64,000 nt of DNA. Origin: the human T2T-CHM13v2.0 reference genome, Homo sapiens. Below the pieces are notes generated by a model. That model saw nothing but the letters and a program-made list of their open reading frames with translations, made no database searches and was not told where the DNA came from. Shown one piece after another: positions 13,988 to 32,344 of the stretch (position 1 is its first letter; each line of letters opens with the position of its first letter). The DNA lies in NCBI RefSeq assembly GCF_009914755.1, contig NC_060945.1; one strand, written 5' to 3'. A program made the translations under genes and the position numbers.

Positions 13988-15337
13988 CTGTCACTCATAT
14001 ATGTAATGATCATATCTATTAATTCTTCGGCTCTTTTTAAAGATTAAGTTGGAAGAATTTTTACCAAACTTGAGTTGAAAACAGCATTATTGCCCTTGTG
14101 AATCCACAGAACATGCTTCCAAAGAACTGCCCTTCATTCATCTCTGTCATGCCGTTTGCAAACTTAAGCTTCGAGGGCCTTTCTAAGTCTCTCTTCTACA
14201 CACTTTCTTTTTGCTTGTTGGCACTTGTATGTCACAGAGTAGCGAATGCCTTTTATGGCTGAGCAGTTTTTCAGACTGTTACCTTTTCATCACTACACCT
14301 CAACACTAGCATTTATAATACATTCCAAGCAGTCACTTCAGGTTATGATGGTTTTGTGCTGTGAATTCTCCAAAGTCAAACTGGAGGAGAAGCGTTAGCT
14401 TTTATGAGGGTTGAGTCAGTGCTAATTACGATGTCCAAGAAGGCACAATGATCAGATTATCAAATAATTTTTTAGCTTGGGAAGTGATGAGGAGGGAGCT
14501 TCAAGTGGGGAGGGGTCTCTATTTGCATCTATCAGGCTACACTAATGTGAAAAGTCTGATGACAGACCTGCAGCCCTTTCACTTGGTACAGTGTTCAGGT
14601 GCTCACACAAGCCAGTCCAGACTTTGGAAAGCTGATGGTTCATGAAAGAAAGTGGGGTTTGCGATGGAGGAAGGTGTTCTGTGTGTTACGTTGAGCAGGG
14701 TGGTACTATTTTTCCAGGCTTCAGTGGAGAACCTAAGTGTTATCTCAGAGGGGTGGAGGGTGGCGTGTGGCCTGTGGCCATGCCTGGCATGGCTTTCCAG
14801 GATGGTGAGGAATATTTTAATCTCTTTTGCCCATAAGGCAGGGGTTTTCAGGACCCTAAAACAAACTTCAAAGAGCTCTAAGGACTTCTCAAAGTCCTTT
14901 TTGGATAGTAATGCAATGTCTGTGACGTCCAAAGGAAGAAAATTCATCAGCGGAGATTTGAACTAAAATTACTTGTGCTCATCAGCAGTTTTTGAAGATG
15001 CAGAGCGCTCGGTTATGAAAATAGAACAAAAATGCACATCTAGTTTGTCCTTAGCACTTCTGGTTCATCATACTTTGAAAAAGCCTGGCCTGTTGCCCAA
15101 GTCTTTTGAGGCAACCCTGGGTTGTTGCCCAAGTCCTTTGAGGGTAAGCAACAGCAATGTCTCAGAAAACATTAACTCAACAGCCCACCCGCTCCAATTC
15201 ATTAAGCCCTCATCTTTTTTATCTGACCAATAGATGCCCCCAGTTAAGATCTAAATGACTCTTCCAATGCAGGGTTGTTAAAGGAAGGGAGATAGACATT
15301 CTGAAAAGCAGAGATCTGTTTGATTTTCGGGTTATTA

Positions 15338-15663
15338 TAGAACATGGATGGAGCTGGAGGCCATCATCCTTAGCAAACTAACACAGGAACAGAAAACCAA
15401 ATACCGCATGTTCTCACTTAGAAGTGGGAGCTAAGTAATGAGAACTCATGGACACAAAGAGGGGAACAATAGACACTGGGGCCCACTTGAGGGTGGAGGG
15501 TGGAAGGAGAGAGAGGAGCAAAAAAAAAAAAAACCTATTGGGTACCAGGATTAGTACCTGGGTGATGAAATAATCTGTACAACAAACTCCCATGACATGA
15601 GTTTACCTATATAACAAACCTGCACATGTACCCCCGAACCTAAAGTAAAAGTTAAAAAAAAAT
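15338..15663 (+). mobile_element. L1P-type 3' end
   Basis: acatggatggagctggaggccat...aacaaacctgcacatgtaccc...A tail. Confidence 0.9.
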
Positions 15664-15699
15664 TTTTTTTAAAGTACGTTGCTGGAAAGTTTTAGCTGA

Positions 15700-16094
<395 letters not shown>

Positions 16095-16104
16095 AATATT
16101 TCCT

Positions 16105-16645
16105 TTTTTCAAAATTTCAGTACGTATTTGAGGAACAGGTGGTGTTTGGTTACATGGATAAGTTCCTTAGTGGCGATTTCTGAGATTTGGGTGCATCCAT
16201 CGCCTGAGCAGTGTACACTGTACCCAATGTGTAGTCTATTATCCCCTGCCCCTCTCCTACCCTTCCCTCCAAGTCCCCAAAGTCTATTGTATCATTCTTA
16301 TGCCTTTGCACCTTCATAGCTTAGCTCCCACTTACGAGTGAGAATACACAATGTTTGGTTTTTCCATTCCTGGGTTACTTCACTTAGAATAATGGTCTCC
16401 AACTCCATCCAGGTTGCTGTGAATGCCATTAGTTTGCTCCTTTTTATGACTGAGTAGTATTCCTTGGTGTTTATATATATGACATGTATATATATATGTC
16501 ACATTTTCTTTATCCACTTGTTAATTGATGGGAATTTGGGCTGGTTCCATATTTTTGCAATTGTGAATTGTGCTGCTATAAACATGTGTGCAAGTGTCTT
16601 TTTCATGTAATGACCTATTTTCCTTTGGGTAGATACCCAGTAGAG
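16105..16645 (-). mobile_element. L1PB-type 3' end
   Basis: gaacaggtggtgtttggttacatggataag...gggtagatacccagtag. Confidence 0.85.
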
Positions 16646-17261
16646 ACTACCCACTATTGAAAGGGAGATGACCTGGTAACCTCTTCAACAGTATGGGAAC
16701 CCACCCTGGTGGTGGGTTGACCATGGAGGTTGACCTGGCTGCATGACCTAGCAAAGATTGTTTCTCTTGAGTTGATTCTGGCATCACAACTGGCCCCTTT
16801 TTTGATGGCCTCATTTTTACCCTGCAGAAAATGAGTTGACAAAAGGCTCAGCATTTCCTCAAGAACAATGTTCAAATGACAACTTAAAGCTTTTGAGAAA
16901 GTAGGACATTTTATGGCTTCTCCTTGCAAAGAAGATTACTTTAGAAAACTGAAAAAATAACTTTGAAGAGAAGGATAGAAAAATCGGGGGACCAAGCACA
17001 TTATTATTTTCTGGGATCTATTATTTGGTATGTTGGAAATCAAGTACAAAGCTACGTAAAAGAATTCTTCATATTGCAAAAACATTACCGCAATACTTTG
17101 TAAAATAAGGGCTATAGCATAAGAAAAGATCACAGTCCCACAACTCAAGCAAGACAGACCGTCTGCATTTTGAAGTCATCCCTGCCATTCTTTGCCCACA
17201 TGTGGGTATGCTGTATATTCTCCTGCTGAACAATTTTGCAGCCTTAGAAGGGCCTTCATGG

Positions 17262-17560
17262 GTTGGGTGTGGTGGCTTACACACTTAATCCCAACACTTT
17301 GGGAGGCTGAGGCAGGAGGATCGCTTGAGCTCAGGGGTTTGAGACCAGCCTGGGCAACATGGCAAAACCCCATCTCTACCAAAAAAATAAAAAAAGTATC
17401 CAGGTGTGACGGTGCATGCCTGTAGTCTCACCTACTTGGAAGGCTGAGGTGGGAAGGTCACCTGAGCCAGAGAGATCAAGGCTGCAGTGAGCCATGATGG
17501 CACAACTGCACTCCAGCCTGGGCGACAGTGTGAGACTCTGTCTCCAAAATATAAAAAATA
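17262..17560 (+). mobile_element. AluJ-like
   Basis: Alu sense consensus with A-rich tail. Confidence 0.9.
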
Positions 17561-17773
17561 ATGAATAAAATAAATACAAAATAAAAGGCTTCGTGTGCAT
17601 TATAAATGCATTTTTACCTCTCATACAGTTGTTTCCGTTGTTATAATCTTAAAGGATGCAAATGTTCTGCTTAGAGATGAATTAGCTTCTTATCTCCAGT
17701 GCTTGAATGGACAAGTGCTCTGTAAATATTTGTGAAATGAAAGGAAACCCAGGGCATTTAAAACATTATTTTT

Positions 17774-17829
17774 GGCCAGGCGTGGTGGCTCAGGCCTATA
17801 ATCCCAGCACTTTGGGAGGCTGAGGCGGG
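17774..17829 (+). mobile_element. 5' Alu fragment only
   Basis: ggccaggcgtggtggctca...gctgaggcggg followed by non-Alu sequence. Confidence 0.85.
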
Positions 17830-18443
17830 GAGGTGGGCGGCGGTGCAGAATGGCTTTAAAGGAAAGGATCAGAAAGCAGGACCTCTCTGGCCCCTTGAGA
17901 CTCTGAGTGTCCTGTGGTGCCCAGTTGAGAGGTCTAACTTAGGATGCCTGTACACTTCTGGCTTCTCCCTGAGTGCTCAAAAACCTACCTTGCGAGCAGG
18001 CATTTTCTGTTTATTGTCTTTCATTCCTACAAGCCTGTCAATAGTGCATCTCTTTGGCTCACCTATGAGCAACAAGAAAAGACCACAGGTTGTCTTGGGA
18101 AACACGGAATGGGGAGACCCAAACTGGTTCTTGCTGTATCATGTACCAGTTGCTCCCCTTGGACAGAGAAATTAAATTCTTTGGCTATGTGGTGTGTATT
18201 TTTTAAAGAGAGAGAGGGGGAAATGGGATTTTCCACACCCCTCCTGTCTGAAGGGAGGTGGGGCTGAAACCAAGCTCCACGAATCATTGAATCGGAACCC
18301 TGCCCAGAGACCTAGAGAAGAGATCACCCCAGCAGTGACTCGGGATGGGCAGGCAAGGTGGCGAGTCCCCTGTGATGGTGGCTTTCACTGGTGTCTGCGT
18401 TCAGCCTGTAACATGCGTGCATTCTTTCCCAAATGTCTCCCAG

Positions 18444-18579
18444 GTGCCATCAGTTTCCTGCGCTCTCTCCTGGAACCGGATCCTGTGAAGAGGCCAAATA
18501 TTCAGCAGGCACTGGCGAATCGCTGGCTTAATGAGAATTACACGGGCAAAGTGCCCTGTAATGTCACCTATCCCAACAG
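18444..18579 (+). CDS. HUNK: HUNK coding exon (exon 6), kinase subdomain XI: AISFLRSLLEPDPVKRPNIQQALANRWLNENYTGKVPCNVTYPN(R)
   Basis: tctcccag acceptor and ag|gtaatt donor; 136 nt; LLxxDPxKRP motif; phase-compatible with neighbours. Confidence 0.97.
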
Positions 18580-18907
18580 GTAATTTCGTGCACCCAGAGG
18601 AACTCCTCGGGAGAGACGGGGCCTGTCCTACTAGCCCTGAGCAGTTCCGGACAGAAAGCTGTCCGTGATTGAAGGAAAAGCCGCGCTCTCTCTTGGCTAT
18701 CTCCCCTTCCCCCTAACACCCACACCCACACATCCACAAGAGGAAGCGTAGACAGGGCCACCATGTGCTGTTATGCCGTGTGCCCTGCAGGGGCACCTGG
18801 AGGAGAGGTGAGTGGAGGCTGATATCCAGGCTTTGAGGGTCTGTATCTTCCCAGGGGGTGCCTTTTTCTAGTTCACACAAAGGGACCTTTGAGACTAGCT
18901 GTGGCCT

Positions 18908-18908
<1 letters not shown>

Positions 18909-18954
<46 letters not shown>

Positions 18955-19056
18955 TGAGTGTCTATGTCTGCTTGGGTCTCCATGTGCATGGGTGTTGTGT
19001 CTGTGTGTGTGTATGTGTTGTGTGTAAATTTGTGTGTGTGTGTGTGTGTGTATGTC
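18909..19056. repeat. Compound (TG)n/(GA)n microsatellite
   Basis: Directly visible. Confidence 0.95.
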
Positions 19057-19352
<296 letters not shown>

Positions 19353-19739
19353 AGTCCTTGTGTTGTGAGTGTGTTTGCGTGTGTGTGATCAGCTCACGAG
19401 CCCACCTGCCAACATCAAACAGAAACATGGGATCGCCCCTCCCTTTCCAAACCACCCTTAGATGCCTTCTTCTGCCTTGTTCTTGATGTTTATTTCAGCC
19501 CTAAGACCCCTGCCTTAAAATGTGGGAGGCAGGAAGGAAAGGCATAGGAGTCATTCGTTTTAGGCCGGGTGTCCCTATGGACTTTCCGTGAAGGCTTCAC
19601 TTTATCAGTTTCCATGAGGAGGGTTCTTTAAGCAAAGCTTGCAGACAGGAACCCACAGCATAGGAGCACTGATGGGCTCCCTGTGCAGCCCACGCTTCTC
19701 CATGCTGGTGCGCTAACTACAGATTAAAAAACATTTCTC

Positions 19740-20036
19740 TTTTTTCTTTTTTTTTTTTTTGAGACAGAACCTTACTCTGTCACCCAGGCTAGAGTGTAGT
19801 GGCATGGTCATGGCTCGCTACAGCCTCCACCTCCTGAGCTCAAGGGAGTCTCCCACCTCAGCCTCCTGAGTAGCTGTGACCACAGGCATGAGCCACCATG
19901 TCAGGCACATTTTCTATTTTTCTTCAGAGACAGGGTTTTGCCATGTTGCCCAGGCTGGTCTCAAACTCCTGGGCTCAAGTGATCCTCCTGCCTCTCAAGG
20001 TGCTGAGATTACAGGCTTGAGCCACTGTGCCCGGCC
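19740..20036 (-). mobile_element. AluJ-like
   Basis: Alu reverse complement; TSD aaaa(a)catttc. Confidence 0.9.
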
Positions 20037-21118
20037 AAAAACATTTCCTTGTATATTTTTTTCTACTCATTTGTCCTATTTCTAACTAACCTGAGCGAGG
20101 GAATGAGGGCCCTTATTTTGGCTGTTTTTGAGCAAACAAGGAAACCACGTGGGTTCAGTACCTTCCAAGACTGGGACCCACCTTCCTTCTTCCTTCAGAC
20201 CTAGGGTGGCTTGCACATTTGACCAGGCTTGGATGAAGACAAGAGAACCACTGACCCAGAGGGGCAGATAGGAGACTGAAAGGGCAGAGAAAGGGGTGTC
20301 CTGTGTGGTCATAGGTTCAATGCCTAGGAAGGTCTAGAAACACCCACCAAGCCTTATGAAAGCAGAAGTGCTGAGTCCTTCAAAGAAGATGGCCAGGCAG
20401 GGCTCTGCTTGGGATGGAAGCTCTAGAAAAACTTTAAAGGGGCGTGGGAGTCTGCATCCACACTTCAGTGCCAAATTTACACTCACCGTGCCCAGAGAGG
20501 AGGTGGTTTCACTCCGTTGCCATCTAGAATTCTAGCATTTGGCTCATGGGAGGTAATTTAAACAAAGTCTAGGTGACTTAGGTTACCAAGGGAACCTGGA
20601 AATAGATTGCTGTTTTCCAATAACAGCTCGATGTGGGCCAGGATCTGAAACAGACACCAGAAATACTACTCCAAAGCGAGGCAGGGAGCAAAGCTGAAAG
20701 GACCTTGCCTCATTATCCATACTCATGATGGAGAGCAGCACGCAGGTATGCTTTCTGTTAAAGGAGGGGGCCTTGCTGGTGGCCACATGAGTCATTAAGC
20801 TCATGTAATCACCGCCTAAATGAGCATAATCAATCCACTCAATGCGGCAACTGTTGAAGGAAGTGGAGTTGGTGTTAGACAGTATTTCCCCTCCTTGTTG
20901 GCTGCATCTTCATTCACAAAGAATTACGAGGCGACATCTCATTTTGTAGCTTTCCCACAGTTTGCAGACAGGCTTTGATAGATTAAAACTTATAAAACAG
21001 GATAGGCAACTCCTATCCTGTTGTTGCCAGATTATTGTAATGGTTTTTGCATTTGGACTTGGTCAGAAGCATAATGGCTGCACATGAAACTGGTTAAGTG
21101 GATTGTAAAACTGGCTGA

Positions 21119-21551
<433 letters not shown>

Positions 21552-22007
21552 TGGAACCAGAATTCTAGGCTGTTGGGGGAGGTACATGTTATTTACAGTG
21601 TTTATTTTGAAAAACATTTATCTTTAAGACAAAAAAAATGTATTTTTTATATTTATTTTTCTGGTTTTACTGGCATGTAGATAAAGGGAGTGAGAACATA
21701 CAAACAGAGAAAGGGATATTTTCTTTATAAAGTATGTTTTATAGTTTCCCAACATACCTAGCCCCAGATGTATTTTAAGTGTTGTCAATATTTTTCTTTT
21801 GAGAAAGTTAGGAAAATAAAGGTCTCGTATTTTACATCACTCTTCTATAAAGCCTTCTCCTGTGAAGTCATTTCAGCCTCCAAGTTGATCTCTAAAAGCA
21901 AAGAGGGAAATGTCTTTGGAAGTAAATTTTTTATAAATAAATGTTTATGCCAGTCAGTCAACAGATGTTTGCTAGGTGCCAGCTCCCCTCCTGATCCAGG
22001 TGCAGAC

Positions 22008-22285
22008 TTTTTTTTTTTTTTTTTTGAGACAAGTCTTCCTTCATAGCCCAGGCTAGAGTTCAGTGGCGCAATCACAGCTCACTGTGACCTAGAACTCCTG
22101 GGCTCGAGTAACCTTCACGCCTCAGCTTCTATAGTAGAGGGACTACAGGCATGTGCTACCATCGCCAGCTAAGTGTTTCTATTTTTGTTGTAGAGATGGG
22201 GGTTTTTCTGTGTTGCCCAGGCTGGTCTTAAACTCCTGGCTCCAAGCACTCTCTGTGCCTCAGTCTCCTAAAGTGCTGGGTTTCA
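22008..22285 (-). mobile_element. Diverged AluJ-like
   Basis: Alu reverse complement. Confidence 0.85.
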
Positions 22286-23310
22286 GACTTTTGTACAGAG
22301 CCAAGCTTGCTGCCTCTTTCTGTCTCCCTGCAGGGGCCTGGACAGTCTCTCCACCCCTCCAGTTAGCTTTGGAACTGGTGGGAGGGGAGGAGGTCGCAGG
22401 CAATACAGGACAGAATTAGACCAAATTAGATCCATGGTATCAAAATGGATTGCATGTGAATTTGCTCAATTCAAATTATATCTAGTATTCTGGAACATTG
22501 TACCATTCTCTGTGTCATCCAAACATGAAGCCATATACAGATTGGTTAAGTGATACTTGAAAGCATCAGGTTTATGCATGGTTTATAGGAAAACATTTAA
22601 ACTATTCCTCTCAGTCCAGAGTCAGTTGACCATTTACATTTTGGCAGAGCTCGTTTTTGAAGATACTGGACATAAAAGGCAGAGATGGGGTGTCTGCCCC
22701 TGTGCACACCTCTCCTTTCCATGCTGCTGACTTTTCTTCCAGAACACCCCATACCCTCGGCGGGTGCACTGCTCTTGGGATTCCCAGGTATTTCCAAACC
22801 ACTGTTCCCTCTGCATTGTTTTGGTAGACCTCAAGTAGTTATTTTAATAAACAAACTTGTTATTAATACACTTTTTAAGCCAGTAATCGTGCCAATCCCT
22901 CTCCCACATGTTATCTGGAATGTGTAATTTTGTGACAAACAGGAATGAGGAAGGCTGATCTCATTGTTTGTTGGGTGTGTTTTCATTTGTTTGTCTTTTG
23001 GGACAGCACTTAGGCAAAAGTAGTGGAGGGAGAACTGATGTAGGTTACACCGACCGGTGGCAGGCAATGGTCAGGAGACCTCGTTCTGCTCTCGGTGCCC
23101 CTGCCAACCGGCCGTGTGCAGTGGGCAAGTTCTCTTCTTACAGAAGAACTTGCAAAGTCTCCTCTTCTTTACAATTATGGGGCTACCTCTCTGGGCATTA
23201 TGGTTCTGAGGTTCTATCCAAATGTCTTCAGACCCCTTGACATGGAGGCTAGTGGCTCTCCAGCCAGATAACTTGCCTTCTGCTCCGATTGCCCTCTTTG
23301 TATCACTCTT

Positions 23311-23621
23311 TTTATTTATTTATTATACTTTTATTATACTTTTTAATTTTTTTATTATACTTTTAAGTTCTAGGGTACATGTGCACAACGTGCAGGTTTG
23401 TTACATATATATACATGTGCCATGTTGGTTTGCTGCACCCATTAACTCGTCATTTGCATTAGGTATATCTCCTAATACTATCTCTCCCCCTTCCCCACCA
23501 CAGGCCCTGGTGTGTGATGTTCCCCACCCTGTGTCCAAGTGTTCTTATTGTTCAATTCCCACCTATGAGTGAGAAGATGCGGTGTTTGGTTTTCTGTCCT
23601 TGCGATAGTTTGTTCAGAATG
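23311..23621 (-). mobile_element. 5'-truncated L1PA 3' end with 16-bp TSD
   Basis: ttatactttaagttctagggtacatgtgcacaacgtgcaggtttg; TSD tctttgtatcactctt at 23295-23310 and 23629-23644. Confidence 0.95.
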
Positions 23622-23739
23622 CCATCATTCTTTGTATCACTCTTAAGGGATTTAGAATGTTCTTTTGACACAGCCCCACTACCAACACATACACTCCCTT
23701 AGAGCCCTCCCCCTGATTTCTCAGTCTCCATAGCCATTG

Positions 23740-23759
23740 GATGATGGTGATGGTGGTGG

Positions 23760-23790
<31 letters not shown>
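23740..23790. repeat. (GAT/GGT)n trinucleotide repeat
   Basis: Directly visible. Confidence 0.95.
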
Positions 23791-23809
23791 TGTGTCTGTT
23801 TATTTGGGA

Positions 23810-23990
23810 AGCAGTGAGCATCTAGACACTGAACCCGGCTGCCGGTTCTTAATTCTAGGGCTGTCACTTCCTGCCTGTGTGACCCTGGGCAAGGTACTGC
23901 ATTGCTGTGGGCTTTGGTTTTGTTATCTGTAAAGTTGGGGTCATGATAGTACCTACTCATAGGACTATCAGGATGACTAAGTGAATTTAC
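23810..23990 (+). mobile_element. MIR
   Basis: gtgtgaccctgggcaagg...atctgtaaa...tagtacctactcatagg. Confidence 0.75.
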
Positions 23991-24732
23991 ATCCTCTCTT
24001 CCCCACTGGGAGGGTGAACAAATGAATGCGTAGATGAATGAAGCCCGGTATTTCTTTGCCATTTTATCCCAAGGAGTTTATCTTCACAGTCCCCTTGTGA
24101 AGTAGCTTTAACTCTCTTCCTCTGAGAGGACCCCACTTTGCCGCTGAGCCCTGAACCCCCCATGTATGAACTTATGAACTCTTTCTGTTCCCCTAAACAT
24201 GATCTGGCTAGTTCCTGAATACCTTCCTTTTCCACCCCAAAATCCAGAGTCAGAGTGGCTTCTGTCCATGACAACCAATACATTTTAAGGAAAGAATGTG
24301 TGATCATAAGGAAATCTGGGGGACAGTTGGGAGATTTGAGTATAATCTGGGTATTAGATGCTATTAAGTGATTATTAAAATTTTATTGGGTATGTTGATG
24401 GTATTGCGGTTCTGTGGGGGACATCTTTGGTTTTTGAAGGTGCACACTCAAGGGTTAAGGGGTAAAATGTCATGATGTTTGTAATTTAAAATACTTCAGC
24501 AAAAAAAAAATGCAAGGATGGCAAAGTGATCACTGGTATATCTAGATGATGGTATACATAAAGTGATTGTACTATTCCCTCCGCTTTTCTGAATACGAGA
24601 ACATTTTCAAAATAAAAACTCAAGTCAGTGAATGAATGAGTGAATGAATGAAGCTGATTGTGCCCAGGGGGTCTGTGTGGGGCTCTCCGTGAAGTGCAGG
24701 GGTGACTGGTCCTCTCTCTCTGCACCTCGCAG

Positions 24733-24895
24733 GATTTCTCTGGAAGATCTGAGCCCGAGCGTCGTGCTGCACATGACCGAGAAGCTGGGTTACAAGAACA
24801 GCGACGTGATCAACACTGTGCTCTCCAACCGCGCCTGCCACATCCTGGCCATCTACTTCCTCTTAAACAAGAAACTGGAGCGCTATTTGTCAGGG
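24733..24895 (+). CDS. HUNK: HUNK coding exon (exon 7), UBA-like/SNF1-homology region: ISLEDLSPSVVLHMTEKLGYKNSDVINTVLSNRACHILAIYFLLNKKLERYLSG
   Basis: cctcgcag acceptor and gg|gtaagt donor; 163 nt; AxYxLL UBA-like motif of AMPK-related kinases. Confidence 0.97.
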
Positions 24896-25689
24896 GTAAG
24901 TGCGACCCTAGAGGCGATCGTCTCTGCTGTCTGTGGAAAAAAGAGCTCCTACACCCAAAGTGCTTCTCAGTTGCTGACACTTGATCCAAGCTGCTAATTT
25001 AATCTAATGTGAGGCTGAGTTTTCTGAATGTGGGATAAAGTCGTAGCTAAACCTGCTTCTCAGGGAGTGCCTTTTATCTGCAATGTTTTTCAAATACTCT
25101 CCCACCGAGTTAAGCCCTGGGCAGAATTGGGAGGGGTTCAAGCCTCTTTTTCCTTCAACAGCATCTCTGTTGTCTTTTTTTTTTTTGTTCTGCTGCCTCT
25201 TAGGTCTTTGGGTTCCCCATGTTGGAGGCATTGGAGGGTTCTCTGGTCCTAAAACTCGGGTAGCAGTGCCTCCCGGGCATTTGTCTCTGAACTATGGTAT
25301 TATATATGAGAAAGCCACTATTTAGGTTTAACTTCTCCAGAAAATAAGAACAAAATTGGACTTGCCTGGCCTGACTCTGGCACCTTCCCTCAGTCTGAGT
25401 GTCAGAAAGTCCAAGTGTCTGGTGTCACCCGCGAGGTACCTTTGGGGTTTCCACAGCGTGGGGTGGATGGTGGGACCCTGACACCCTGTCCCCTTCATCA
25501 TTTTTGCCACAAGCAGTTTCTGTGTGCCTGAGTAAGAGAATTTATGTGCCTTAAATTGTCTCTCTCCAAATGGACAATGGCTTAAAAAGAATTCTGCAAA
25601 TTGGATCCAAGACAATATGGAGTCTGCATACAGCAGCTCATGCTTTTACTCAGAATGGTGGGTGCTGACCAGCTCTAACAGGGAGTCAG

Positions 25690-26450
25690 CCAAAGAAATT
25701 CAGAATTGCCAGGAAGCCTATCTGAAATTTGACTGAGTGTTCACTTTCACGAGGGACCACCTTCACCCTGGGCCTGTTGCACCTTGACATCTGATGGCGT
25801 GGAGTTGTCACTGTTAGGAAGACATTTACCATCCAGAACATGTGCTATTGAAGTCACGTGATAGCCCAATATGTCACCAAATTTCACTAGACAATAGGCT
25901 TAGAAACCTTTTTGAGGTTTCTATATGAGAGCTAAAGATGAAAATCTACCTGCAGTTGGGGAAATGATATTCTCGCTGGCATGGTGGAGATGACCAAATT
26001 AATACCCGGAGGACAAGGTAGTCAGTGTGTGTCTTTTGTTAGCAAATGGATTTGGGAGCCGTCTAGAAAACATTGCTGAACAGATGAAGATGCTCCACGG
26101 GAGGTTGGTTAAACATTTGGATGAAAGTACAGATGTTTCTAAGCTGATTTAGCTCAGAATATTGGCTAGATTGTGCTTCCATTGTGCTTCCGCAGGAAAT
26201 TATCCACAGAACTCCTTTGTTTTTGTTTTTGTTTTTTTGTGAACCACCAAAGGAAAGATCTACATGAGAAGAAGTACTCTCAACAATAAAGAGATTTAAC
26301 AATGTTTTATGGGGGAAAAAACGTGGTCTGTATGATGGGGTGGCACCTCTCTGATGGGGACAGAGTCAACGCTTTGAGTTAGATTTCACAGATGGTGTCA
26401 CTGTGGCTGCCTTGCTCATAGAAAGCTACTGGAGAAGAGATGTCAAATCC
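25690..26450 (+). mobile_element. hAT/Charlie-type transposase fossil
   Basis: ttggatgaaagtacagatgtttct translates to LDESTDVS; degenerate downstream ELLFC-, VCTDGA- and HCxxHRxxL-like segments. Confidence 0.65.
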
Positions 26451-26623
26451 AGAAAGACAGGACTTTCAACATATAGTATACTATTTATTTTATTTTATTA
26501 TATGATGAGGAGAGATTCAGAAAATCTCTTGTATCACACAGCAGTTCTCTGTTCTCTCATCACAAGGAACATAAAAGACATACTGGACTTGAAGCTGTTT
26601 CTCTCTCATTTCTCTTGTTTTAA

Positions 26624-27248
<625 letters not shown>

Positions 27249-27891
27249 CATTTCTCTTTTGCAAAAAGACTATATTCCCCAAACTTCTTTCTCATACTTT
27301 AAAATTTCTATTTATTATATATCTTATAGCGTACATGATATATTCGTACAATGTTACATGCTTATAATTTATAAATATGCATATGTTGCAGGTGCCTGCT
27401 TACAAGTTTGTCACACATAAGGGATTAGGGTCATAGCATTTGGACACCACCATGCTATAGAGGATGAAAGTTAAGAATTTAAATAGTCTTCAGATAAAAG
27501 GAAGAAAAGAGGGTTAATGCACTGGTAATCTTTTTCAGGTGATGAATACTGTTCAAAACTTAGTTATTCAAATGTGTTTTCATGAAACTGACTATATTAT
27601 AAAGTTCATGATTTTGCTTATTAGAGAATGACATTGCTACTTTCCCAAGTAAGTTAACAGTTCCAAACATTTTTCTTTTGGTGGAACTAGTTCTTCAGGT
27701 GCTGACCAAGTAAGATGGAGGGGTGTTAGGTTTTAAAAAACTGTCCTATGTTTACTTCCACATTTAGAGATACAAGCTTTTGTGATTCACGCTCTTCTTA
27801 AACAATTACATAGCTCATGCCAAGCAAGAGAGACATTTTATCTGAAGCTTTTTTGTCTTTTAAAACCAAACCAAACCAAAACACAACAAAA

Positions 27892-28175
27892 AGAGTCTCA
27901 CTCTGTCGCCCAGGCTGGAGTGCAGTGGCACAATCATGGATCACTGGAGCCTCGACTTCCTGGGCTCAAGCCATCCTGCTATAGTCCCAGCTACTCAGGA
28001 GGCTGAGGCAGGAGGATCGCTTGAGCCTGGGAAGTCGAGGCTAATTGTATTTTTTGTAGAGACGGGGTTTCGCCATGTTGCCCAGGCTGGTCTCTAACTC
28101 CTGGGCTCAAGCAGTCCGCCCGCCTAGGCCTCCCAAAGCGCTGGGATTATAGGCATGAGCCACTGCACCTGGCCT
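27892..28175 (-). mobile_element. AluJ-like with internal inverted duplication
   Basis: Sense-orientation segment 27979-28042 inside an antisense Alu. Confidence 0.9.
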
Positions 28176-28364
28176 GAAGCTCTTAGACTGTGTCCTGAGG
28201 TGCCTGGGTGTGTTGCCAGCTGCTGCATTTCTGCCTGTCTGCTTTGCCCAGCATCCAGGCTGCAAGTGTTGCAAAGCAGAGTGTGGCTTTGTCATCTGAG
28301 AACATTCTCTGGAAACTCAGCTGGTGTCATTCTAACTGGAAAAGGTTTGGGGGTTGTTTTCAAT

Positions 28365-32340
<3,976 letters not shown>

Positions 32341-32344
32341 AACA

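Noticed and set aside
13520-14340. Possible Tc2/pogo-type DNA transposon remnant (tataagacgcacc motif)
   Set aside because: Could not read a convincing terminal repeat pair or transposase motif; needs a Dfam search.
24896-24997. In-frame read-through of 33 codons past the exon donor (possible truncated kinase+UBA isoform)
   Set aside because: Strong gtaagt donor and no nearby canonical poly(A) signal seen; an open run of this length is common by chance.
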